Origin: Schmidtea polychroa
Taxonomy: Eukaryota
Assembly: GCA_044892525.1 (NCBI GenBank)
Contig: CM097885.1
Location: forward strand, 34,598,001 to 34,662,000
Reading direction: 5' to 3'
Length of the DNA stretch: 64,000 bases
Of this stretch, positions 53,429 through 64,000 are shown one piece after another. Within the stretch, counting starts at the first letter, position 1, and the number at the start of each line of letters is the position of its first letter. Both the position numbers and the translations under genes were made by a program. The notes under the pieces are model-generated. The model did not search any database. It was not told the origin of the DNA and saw only the letters and a list, made by a program, of their open reading frames with translations.

Positions 53429-56400
53429 ATTATTTGAATAAAACCTATATAAAATACATTTCTCAAATAAAACAGTTGAAAAAAGAGTGAAATGACAGAA
53501 AATTCTAGAAAATATGCAAAATCCACCATAAAGTCGGGAAATATTAAAAATTAAATGAAAAATAAAAATTTAGAAATAAAACAAATAATAAATAACAAAT
53601 AATCGCCTTTAAAAATGATGAAATTTAAATAAGAAACTAAAACGTACAAAATTAATTTGAATTTGTTTTAATGCGTCAAAGTGCACACACTAACAAACAC
53701 AGAAAAGGTCATATATACGGATACATTTTCAGCAAATAATTCAGTTTAGTACTTGATAAAGTTATTGTAAAATCATTTTACACCAATTTAAGATCTTGTG
53801 ATCAAATTGTAAGTTTTCATCTCTTATGTAATGTCATTGATTTAATTACAATTGTACTAGGACTGTGGATGGTATTCTGAAAAGTACTTAAAGAAGAACA
53901 GAAGAATTAAAAAGACGATCAAATCAAAATTAACAAGATTTTAAAAGACCTAAATTGGATAAAATGGATACGATGATCGAAGAAACACGAGAACCAAAAC
54001 AAACAAGTATAGTAAATAGTTTATTGAAATTCACTAAATATTTTAGACAATTGCAATTCATTCTAAGAACCTTTCATCGGGATTTCATTATAACTTTTCT
54101 AATTAATATTTTAATTAATATTATCATTTTTATGGTTTCTAGCCTCTCTCATTTTTGTTTCGGAAATTTAAGTGTTTTAATTAACATTAATCATTTAAAA
54201 AAGAAATAAGCAAATAATGAAGTCTTGCGTAAATTATGGCCAGAATTTTTCTAATGAGGCGATTGTAAATATAGTACCATGAGTTGATACAGAAATTTTG
54301 AGAAAGACCTTAAGATGATAATTTTGAAGGAATCGAAAGGGAGAATATTAATGAGGGAGTTTTTCAAAAACTTTAGTGGTTATGGAGTTTAGGTGTTTAA
54401 CGGGTGAAAATCTTAAGATTCCAGAACAAATTGCCTATTGTCACAACGCATTTCTAAAACGAGGCAACCCATTTCTGGAGTATGTGGAAATCTTTTAACA
54501 GATGACCCAGGCGACAATTGAAGTGTAAATATTCCAAACAAGTGTAAAAGGAAAGAAAACAAAAAGTTGCACAACAGATTTTTGTCATTTTTTTCATCAA
54601 GTCAATTAAATTGAAAGTTTTGAACAATTGTGTAGAATCGTCTGGTTTAGAAAAATATTAAATTTTTAATCAAATTATGTTTTTTATTTGATTACTAATT
54701 TTATTCATGCTATTTGATGATAAACTTTACAAAATTGGGCTATACTTAAGTTTTTGTTTGGGAACCATTTAATAAAATTTCAATAGAAATGTTTGGAAAA
54801 AACCTTCGGTTTGCGTTGATTAGATTTGCGTCTTTGGTTTCTGAAATCTATAAACGACTTAGATCGGTGTCTCCATGTTGGCTACGGAAAGGGTTGTTGC
54901 AACCATGACAAATTTTGTGTTTGGCTTAAAATTTGATTTTGTAATTTCAATTTGTAATTTGAAGGTTTAATTAATCAAGTCTTCAAGTTTAAAGAAAATT
55001 TAAAAGCTACCATACTTTAAAGCAAGGGTCAGCAAGAAGTGGTCTGCGAGGCGTTTTCCTTATGAGGTGAAATCTTTCCAAGTTTCGTTTTATTTAAAAT
55101 TACGTCAAAATATTATCTTTTATTTTATATTGTTTTTACTTGTTATGTTGGATTAATTAAAAACCTTTTTTTTACCAAAATACCCTCTTTTGGTATTAAT
55201 ATGTGTACTGTGAGAGTTGGGAGTAATGAAATATTGCGATTGACAACATTGAACAACATCCACTATGACTACACCTGTTTACACTGAATAAACTATTTTA
55301 TAATAGATGTTAGTGTGCAAACCAATAGATGAGTCATCATTTGTCCACAATTATGTTTTTAAATTATGAATTTGCAAAATTTGGTTTTTTTTATTTTTAA
55401 AATTTAAAGTTTTAATAATTTTTAAATTTAACTTACTGTTATTATATTACTCACCATGTTTTCACTTTTTTACAATATTTTTTAACAAATTGGTGAATAT
55501 TCACAAAATAATGTTTTCATATTTTTATTTTGACTTTTTGTGCTGACTTTTTCATATCATAAAATACTGTCAGGACAATGAGAACTGCTGTAGTGAGGTA
55601 GATACCCTCACAAAAAGCTAATGATCGGAGATATAGATGAATGTAAAATTTAACATAGAACAAAATTTTATTAATTCCAATATAGTTCTCCAAAATGGTC
55701 TTCATCAGGTGGGTTATTCATTAAAACTTTGTGTTTGTATAATTCTTTTCATAATAATTATTTAAAAATTGGCGTTGGAAGACATTTTATTTCATTTTCT
55801 TACAATACATGTAATAAATTTATTAAATATATTTCCAAGATACTATTGATCGAGTTTTCAGCTTTACAGCATCCACTTTCAGTTCATTAGCAATTTCAGA
55901 CCCTGTTGTTGTGTACAGGTTGATAACAAACAAATCTGGAGCTACGTACAACCGCCTTTTTGCTCAGCTCGACTGTATAGAATACACAGAAACCCTGGTA
56001 ATCTATTTATCTAAAAGTAATAAACCTTTTCGGTAGTTTAAGACTGTTCCCTGAACTGATTCTAGAGACTCTGTTGTATAATTAAGATGTGTATCTGTAT
56101 ACACCTCTTTGATGAACAGTCGTGCAATCTTTTTTTTCTCTTTGAATTCAATGCTTTTTCGTTTCATTAAAATTTATATAAATTAATTTTTAAATATAAA
56201 ATAATTATTTGTTTATATCTATACTTCCATATAACTAGTAATATTCAATTCTGTAGACATTATTAATTTTGGAAATATTATTCCACGTCTGACGACTTTG
56301 AAATTTATAAAGAAATTTTCTGTGTAAATTGACTACTAGTATATAGCAAAATTTTTTATAAAAAGATTTTTTCTGTCTTGGAGTCTGTATTATAATAACT

Positions 56401-56929
56401 TAATGACTTTTAATTTTAATCAATTGATATTTCTTTCTATCGAATGATGCATAATTTAATCAATTTCGATAAAAAATATCTTATAAAACCGTTATTCCTA
56501 TCTGTGAATGTGCTGGGGTTGTCTAAATAAGTATAAATAAGCAAACAAATGTATGGCAAACTATGTGCAAAATAATTAAAAAATGTTTTACAAATATTAA
56601 ACAGGGAAATAAGTATGAGCAGACGAGTACAAATATATTATTTTCAAGTCAATAGCGGTCGCTAGACAATGTTATTTAAAAAATACAAACTAATTCAGTA
56701 ATTAATTGATGTAAACTAATAAACTTTATAAGAAAACCAAATATCGATTTTTAAATATTTTACATGAAATTTTTAAGAGTTTTTATGTAGGTCAACTCAA
56801 ATTTTAAGTAGGTGAAATCGACTTTAAAAGTAGGGGCCCTCTAACGCAAAGTAGGTCAAATACACACACGCTATATAGTTTCAATAAATATTCTAACTCA
56901 AAGTAGGTCAAATTTCATTATTTAAATAT

Positions 56930-57200
56930 CCATTACTTTTTAATATCTTGCAGCCTAACACTTGCTGGGGAATTATGCAGTGGTAGCTTTATAAAGCTGG
57001 GAATTCATTTTCACATAGGGCTAAAAATTCATTTATCCGACTTATCACTGTACCTGCGTCATCCGTTGATATTGAAACTAATTCATCAAACTGAAGGGGA
57101 AAACAAGAACATCTATTAATATCATTATATAACTGGTCTTTTATATTTCCACTCATCTTCTCCTTTCGTCGCATCACAGTGTTTCGAAATAGTTGTATCT
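56930..57200 (-). pseudogene. Decayed hAT (Buster-type) transposase relic
   Basis: Translates to ..MRRKEKMSGNIKDQL..FPLQFDE / ISTDDAGTV.. *SYHCIIPQQVLGCKIL, resembling the FSLQLDES, STDGA and HCxxHQ motifs, with deletions and a stop. Confidence 0.65.
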
Positions 57201-57448
57201 TGAATTACAGCAATAAATTTAGTCATGCATATAAAAAAAAATGGAAACAATAGAAGAAAAAATTAATTTGTGATAAAACCATATTTTGTTTAATAAATCT
57301 TATCATAAAATGTCTTCGTTATTTACTATGTTTGAAAGAAGTTGTGTTTAAATAAAATGTATAATATATTTATATTTGGCAATACTAACATTAATAGGCA
57401 CTTCGGAGTATGTAAATATGGTTGATTTATGAAACCAAATTTAGTATA

Positions 57449-59659
57449 CAGTAATACCTCGTACAACGCTCTATATGCGTTCTTGGAAATTGAGCGTAAT
57501 AGAAATCAGCGCTATAGGAGGCAAGAAACTAAACTTTAGGGGTTACATTACTTCTGTGTTAAATAAATACCATTTTTTTCATTTTTTACATTTTTAATCA
57601 ATAAATTGAAGGTACATACATTTATTACTTCAAAATAAAAATATTTCATACTTCTTCAATAAATAAGTTTTCATTATGTAAATTAAATACATATGTATGT
57701 ATCAAAAACATATAAAATAATAACATGAAGAAATTCAAAATAGAAAAACTAAATTAAATTCTACATATTCCGTAAGAAAAACTGGTCTAATTTAGACTGT
57801 TGCCGATTCGATTGTTTCTCTTTTAAAATTTCCGTGTACAGAGTAAGACTTTTTGAAACACCTCTCTTAATAAAACCAGTGCGTTTTTTTGTCAATTTCT
57901 TTGACGGCTCTGCATTTTCATCATGTTCACTTTCGTGGTTTTGGTATGATTCGTCTCCGATTTCGATTAAATCTTCATTGGAAAGGCCTGCATCATGCAA
58001 ATTGATTATCTCTTCTACGTCTTCGTTCATTAGATCGTCGAACCCCACATCATGTGCAATTTGCACTGTTTCCACGATAATGGAGTGTAAGTTATCGGAC
58101 ACTGAATTTTCATTTTCTTTAAGAAGAATTTTATTCCAAACACCTCGCATGGAATCATTTTTAACTTCATTCCAGGAGTCTCTAATAGTTTCAATCGCCA
58201 TCGTGATATTGAAACTTTTCCAAAATTTCAAAATTGTTTCCTTTTGTACATCAACTGCATTTAAAAGTTGCCTGAATGTACGCCGAAGGTAATAGGCTAT
58301 TAAAATTGGCTAATACTCCCGGGTCCATCGGTTGAATCAAAGAAGTCGTATTCGGAGTTAAAAAATAACTTCCATAGGTATGGTTTTTGAAAGCGCGGCT
58401 ATATTTTTTGAATGCCCAGGTGCATTGTCAATTATAAGAGCTCTGGATTCCAGTTTCTTACTCTCGCAATAATCTTTTACTGCCGGGCAGAAATATTTCA
58501 CAAACTATAACTCAAAAATAGCAGCCGTTAGCCAAGCCTGACGATTGGACATCCAAATGACAGGTAAATTATCCTTGGAGTAACCCTTCATTGCCCGAGG
58601 ATTTTCCGACTGATACAGCAACAACAGTTTCAATTTAAAATCATCTGAAGCGTTCCCACCTAATAAAAGGGTAAGCCGATCTTTGGCCGCTTTAAATCCA
58701 GGTGATCGCTTCTCTTCGTTAGAAATAAACGTTTTGGAAGGCATTCTTTTCCAAAATAACCCTGTCTCTTCTACGTTGAATATTAATTCGAGGGGATATT
58801 TTTCTCCGCTATCAACGATTTTAAAGATTTAGTAAAATCTTTCACGGCACCTACATCGGCGCTAGCAGCTTCTCCACAAATTTTATGTTGTGAATATTAG
58901 CACGAACCTTAAATTTCTCGAACCATCCTCGGCTTGCTGCAAACGTTTCTACTGATGAGCTGGTAGAAGGTTCGTAAGAGTTTTGTTTCTCTCTCTCTCT
59001 AACTCTCTCTCTAACTCTTCAAATAAACCTCTTACTTTCTCCATTATGACTGCTTGACTCAATGGCATATCTCTATTATTTTGGTCTTCTATCCAGTAAG
59101 TCAACAGTTTCTCCATTTTTTCAATCATTGTGTTACGCGTTCGAGAGGTCTTTGAAGCTGAAAGTGGTGTTGTTGATTGCACAGATCTTTTAATTTTCTC
59201 AGCATTTTGCAAAATTGTTCTAACAGTTGATCCGGGTAAATTCAATTTACGACATACATCGACTTGACGTTCCCCATTTTCTATTTTTCGAATTACTTTC
59301 AATTTTACATCCATAGATAAATTTCTTCTCGAATTTTTTGTTAAATCTTTCACACTTTCATTCCGATCCGACATTATTGATAAGAAATTATTTAGTTATT
59401 TACAAAAATAAATGGGAACATTTCAACAAGAAACACTGATTAACTGTTTAATTTTTGTTTCTAAAAAAATTCAAATGATTTATGTGAATCCCCAAAATAT
59501 AAACAAAAATGTATGGAAATTTGAAATAAAATAATACAGAAATCAATTTTACTAAATATGTATATGTATTCTTTTTAATGATTTTTTCATATCAAAATTT
59601 TTTTTGAGCGTTATAACGAAATAGCTTTGTAAGAGGGAGCGTTATACGAGGTATTACTG
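57449..59659 (-). mobile_element. Full-length Tigger/pogo-family DNA transposon (2211 bp)
   Basis: TA|CAGTAATACCTCGTACAACGCT ... AGCGTTATACGAGGTATTACTG|TA; 22-bp TIRs match 21/22 with TA TSD. Confidence 0.95.
57761..59374 (-). pseudogene. Tigger/pogo transposase, disrupted by frameshifts and stops
   Basis: Three ORF pieces: a CENP-B-type HTH (58949-59374), the DDE_1 region MPSKTFIS..PGFKAAKDRLTLLLGGNA (58505-58744) followed by DNAPGH and IQPMD, and a C-terminal piece (57761-58231). Confidence 0.92.
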
Positions 59660-60136
59660 TAGTTAAAAACAATAAATTTATTCAATAGTTACGTAATCGT
59701 TGACTGATAGCTATGGATATTTCAAGTACCCGAATAATAATTAAATTATGCGCCAGAATTTATTTAAATATATTTCAGAACCCCGTTAGGCTAATCTTAT
59801 TAGGTGTCCGCTAATGAAATTGTCAAATGACTTTTCCCCCACCAAATTTAATTTAATTTAAAATAGTTTAACACATGTCAAAATTTTTATTTTAGAAGAG
59901 GAGCTTGGCTAGATATAACATATCTTATTTCTAATATGTAATGACAATTAAAAATTTTAAATATTTAAAAAATGTTTTAATGGAGCTATTTTTGATTAGC
60001 TGTATTTTGACGTAACTATTGACTACTTTTTCATTGCTGGTACGAATGTCAAAATATATTGAATTTCTAGCAAAAGATATTTTTAAAATATAGTGTTATT
60101 TTTCAATTATTTGCATTCAAATTTGGAACTATTTAA

Positions 60137-60352
60137 CCCTTTCAATACTGTAGGGACATATTGTCCCAGAGAATTTCTAATAATTACTAAGATAATTTAA
60201 ATGCTTACAAATGCATTTTGATCTGGGATTTTAGTACTGTACTGTCATAGGCTCGTAAACAAGTCCAAACCTGTCTGCTTTTCTTCTTTTCTATAAAATT
60301 TTGTCAGATGTTGCTAATGAATTATTAAAATAAAAAAATCGTATTGAAAGGG
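60137..60352. mobile_element. piggyBac-type MITE (216 bp)
   Basis: TTAA|CCCTTTCAATAC ... GTATTGAAAGGG|TTAA; perfect 12-bp TIR. Confidence 0.88.
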
Positions 60353-60866
60353 TTAAATGAGTGATGAAGTTGATGGCTTAGTAATTTCAGTCTTTTTTAG
60401 TCTATATTTTCATTGATGGTATGGATGTCAAAAACTGTCAGTATTGAAGTGTCAGCAATAACTTAATTTATCCTAAATTTGATTGTTTTTTTAACAGATA
60501 TTGATCCAATTTCGAATCTTTTTTTCAGTAGACCTAGAAGTATCTCTGTCAAATTTAGGGAAATTCGAGTATAAATTGAGTATAAAAAACTTTAAGAAAA
60601 ATAGTTATTATTAAATCTAGGTCATGGATTAAAGATGTTCATTATTCAAATTGTATTTCGAGTATCAACCAATGCTCCTTTGAAGACAGTAACTTATGTT
60701 TGTCTATGAGGAAATCTTGATATTATGACCAAAGTGTTTGGTAAAACAACTGACAATAAAACATTTTGGAACAAAAATATATAACTTAGTCATGGCCGAA
60801 GAGAAGGGGGGGGGGGGGATTATTTTTCCCGGCCCCGGCTTTGAAAGGGGGCCCGGATAGGTGCAC

Positions 60867-60989
60867 TAATTTTGTTTTTATTTTACATATTTAAGTATTT
60901 TAGGAAAATAAATTTTTAAATTTTAATTAAATTAAAATTTTAATTTATTTTTCTAAAATACTTAAATATGTAAAATAAAAACAAAATTA
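60867..60989. repeat. ~123-bp near-perfect AT-rich palindrome
   Basis: TAATTTTGTTTTTATTTTACATATTTAAGTATTTTAG ... CTAAAATACTTAAATATGTAAAATAAAAACAAAATTA. Confidence 0.85.
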
Positions 60990-61329
60990 AAAATATTGCC
61001 AAAGTTTTTCCCGATACAACTTCCGCAACAAAGGCAACGAGCATTGTCGATGATTTGAACGAGATCTTCTATTAATCAGATTGATAAAAACAAAATTCTC
61101 CTTGATCTTCAAAGAAAAATTTTAACTATAAGATAAATTGAATATCCTGAATTGAAACGTCTGATTTCAATTTTTACAGCAAACTCACAGTCTACGATAT
61201 TGTCATTTACAGAGATACAAGTATTTAATATTTTTTTTATTTTTTATTAATTATAATTAAAGAAAAGTAAATTATACTCGTAAGACAACTTTAATCATGA
61301 AAAGAGGATGATTTTTTTTGTTTACTTAC

Positions 61330-61457
61330 ATGATTGTTTCAATCTTTCCTTCTCAAACAAAAGGTCTTCATAATCCGTTATCGAAATGACACTTACTTGA
61401 AGCCGCAATCGTTCTAAGAATATTTCTGAGGTTGAGCAATTAAATATGCAGCTGTCT
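61330..61457 (-). CDS. DGKZ: DGK exon
   Basis: tttcag| ... |gtaagt. Encodes DSCIFNCSTSEIFLERLRLQVSVISITDYEDLLFEKERLKQS (compare [29 protein letters not shown]). Confidence 0.92.
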
Positions 61458-61505
61458 CTGAAAGTTAATTTGTAGTTGGGAACTTAGTTGAGTTTATTAT
61501 TTTAC

Positions 61506-61705
61506 TCATTTATCACAGATAGTGATCCTCTTCGTTTCATTTTCAAAATAACTTTGGCGGTGTTTCTGTGGTTGATGTTGATAATTGACGGTTTTAATCG
61601 GCATGGTTCACCGTCTACTTGAACAGGAATCGTTTTAGTTGTGATTAGTTGAGCTTTTCGACATTGGCATATTCTTTCTCCGTGTCCGCCAACTTGTATT
61701 GTAGC
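61506..61705 (-). CDS. DGKZ: DGK exon (accessory catalytic domain)
   Basis: Encodes ATIQVGGHGERICQCRKAQLITTKTIPVQVDGEPCRLKPSIININHRN...; QVDGEP is the DGK accessory-domain signature. Confidence 0.96.
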
Positions 61706-61754
61706 CTCAAAAATAAAAGGTAAGTTTGAATAAGGAGAACATTTTATTAAATAC

Positions 61755-61866
61755 CAAAGATGTTGACGTGAATCCAATGACCTCCAATAATCCATCATCT
61801 ATACTTTGAGGAGAATAATCCATACTGTAAGCTGGATTACCCCAAGGATTCGTTCCCGCGCTATAC
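61755..61866 (-). CDS. DGKZ: DGK exon (accessory domain); upstream exons lie beyond the window
   Basis: ttttag| ... |gtattt. Encodes [37 protein letters not shown] (compare YCAGTMPWG...DDGYLEVIGFTMTSL). Confidence 0.95.
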
Positions 61867-63791
61867 CTAAAAGTTTATAATTTTCAAAATTTTTTTATGT
61901 GTTAATATTAAACTAATCATTCAAATTATTAAACAAAGTTTTTACTCGTCATAGATCTATGTTTCTTAGCCATTTCCGGTTTGTGTTCCGTACTTTTTAT
62001 TACCATTTTAGATTTTATTTCCTCACACTATGTTACTAGAGAAAGTTACTATGCAGAAAGAAGTGAGTGTCACATAACGCAACATTGATGTAAATAAATA
62101 TAGTATAGACCTGGGAAAATGAGACTTAATTCAGATAAGTTGTACTTACATATTATTAAACCTGAACTGTTTTTTAACTTCTTTCAAAATAGTAATATTA
62201 TTTAAATATTATGTCGGGTTCCATGAATAAACTGAACATGATAAGACAGAATATTTTATAACAGAACATGATATAATAAAAATAGTGTGATGTAATCACA
62301 CTTTTGGGTACCTCAATCGCGATAGCTTTTAACATGATGATTGACTATAGAGATATCAAATAATGAGTAATAATTTTTTCTGGCTATAGTGTAAATGTCT
62401 TTTTTTTAATGAATTATTTTAAAAAAATATTTGGAGGTATTTTTAAAAATGTTTTTTTTGTTTAAATATATTTTGGCGCGATTTGAAATATAATAATTTA
62501 TGATCCTATGTCCATAAATTATGTGTGTGTTTAAGTAGTGAGAAATATATTTATGTATTGTTTATTTAATGTCCTTATATGGTGCTGTTACCTATTATTA
62601 TGTAGTATGATTATCTAATCTCCATACATAGTATGTGTGGGTGGGTTGGATACCCATTGGATTTATATAGATTGTTTACATAGTCCTGTTACATAGTTTG
62701 CATTTTATTTTTTTATTAATTAGCTTTTTGAATTAATTGCTATTATTTAATTTTAAATTATAAATCTTTATTTATATTTATTTTATTATTTATTTTTTTT
62801 TAATATTAATTTTTATTTTTAATTAACTTTATTTAATTATTTCATTGTTTTAAAGTATAAAGTGGTGATTTCTTGGTAGAATCATTAATTAAATTTTAAA
62901 CAATTAAATGATAATTTAACCATTTTGCTTCAAATAATATATTTAATACAAATGAAAAAAATTTCGAATATATGAATAGCCCTTTTGTTTAATTACAAAA
63001 TTTATTTAATTTCTTTTTTTTAATTAATTATTTAACTATTATATTTGATTTTTAATTATTTTATTTAATTATTTTATTTATTAATTTTAATTATTAATTT
63101 TTATTTAAAATAATTTTATTTTTATTATTTATTATATTATTATTATTTCTTTTAAGTTTAACTTATTTATCTTTTTTATTTTATTAATATTAATTATTAA
63201 CATTTAATTGTTAATTTTTATTTAACTTTATTTAATTTTATTTAATAGTTTTAGTTATTTATTTTATTTATCGTAGCTTATTATCTTCAAAAGCTAATTT
63301 TTCACATCATTATAAAACTTTATTATTCATGCAATATCTCAGTGAATTGCATCATAGTAAGAAATTATTTTTTCAGATTGTAACAAAGTAATAAAATATT
63401 CAAATAAATTGCAACAAAGTAATATATATATTCAATGAAATTACATTAAAATTATTAAATATTTAAATAAATTGAATCAAGAACATAAAAATTTAAGTTA
63501 AATACACAAACTAGCCTTTATCTTACTGTGGGCTTATGTTTCTGGATGTAATTTACAGTGCCTGTACATTTTATATTACATTTTCTTTAAGCTGAAAAGC
63601 TGTATATTTTAATTAAAGTATTTTATTTTATGGTTTCACAAAGAAATAATATTGTGGGTCAGTTAAGTAATCTTATGGAATTAATTGCTTGGATTAATGT
63701 TTTTTGTTATTGAGAAAAATTATAGAAAGGCATTTTATTTTTTGTTGAGTATTTTGTGGACATATTGTACTTGCATGTTTTCATTTATATA

Positions 63792-64000
63792 CTCCCTCTG
63801 TCCAAAAATGATAGTCCAGTTTGACTTTTTTGGTGATTTCTTTTATACGTAACAGTGATACTTAAAATGCAGTTTTGTTATTTGTTCAATCAATAAAATA
63901 AAATTATTTAATGTGTTTTTACTGTAAAAGGTTTTACAAAACCGTTTAATTTTTTATATTTTCTTTTGACAATTGTTTTGGGAAAAAGGCTAAAATGCAA
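63792..64000. mobile_element. Possible left end of a Tc1/mariner (Stowaway-like) MITE running off the window
   Basis: TA|CTCCCTCTGTCC resembles the Stowaway-type terminus; the partner TIR is not visible. Confidence 0.35.

Overview
Very AT-rich eukaryotic (metazoan) DNA with ~45-55 nt introns and (AT)n/(AAT)n microsatellites. This style fits a planarian flatworm, but that is inference only. The backbone is the 3' half of a type IV diacylglycerol kinase gene (DGKzeta/iota, rdgA-like) on the minus strand. I can thread 10 phase-consistent exons from 61866 down to ~14466, covering the accessory domain, linker and ankyrin repeats. Its introns and downstream flank are full of mobile DNA: a Ty3/Gypsy pol end with PPT/LTR, a full-length decayed Tigger/pogo, hAT derivatives, three TTAA-flanked piggyBac-type elements, foldback MITEs and an R2/NeSL-type REL fragment. 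Two features stand out. (1) A 21.2 kb entirely non-coding giant palindrome (25054-46210) lies in one DGK intron. It has 5'-AG...CT-3' termini and a near-perfect 6-bp TSD, which are Polinton/Maverick hallmarks, with ~7.3-8.1 kb arms, a 932-bp spacer and a 4.8-kb internal duplication of the central hairpin. (2) A ~0.45 kb retrozyme/Penelope-type unit at 6983-7450 carries two oppositely oriented minimal hammerhead ribozymes in a highly base-paired ~372-nt monomer. All coordinates were read by eye and no database search was run.
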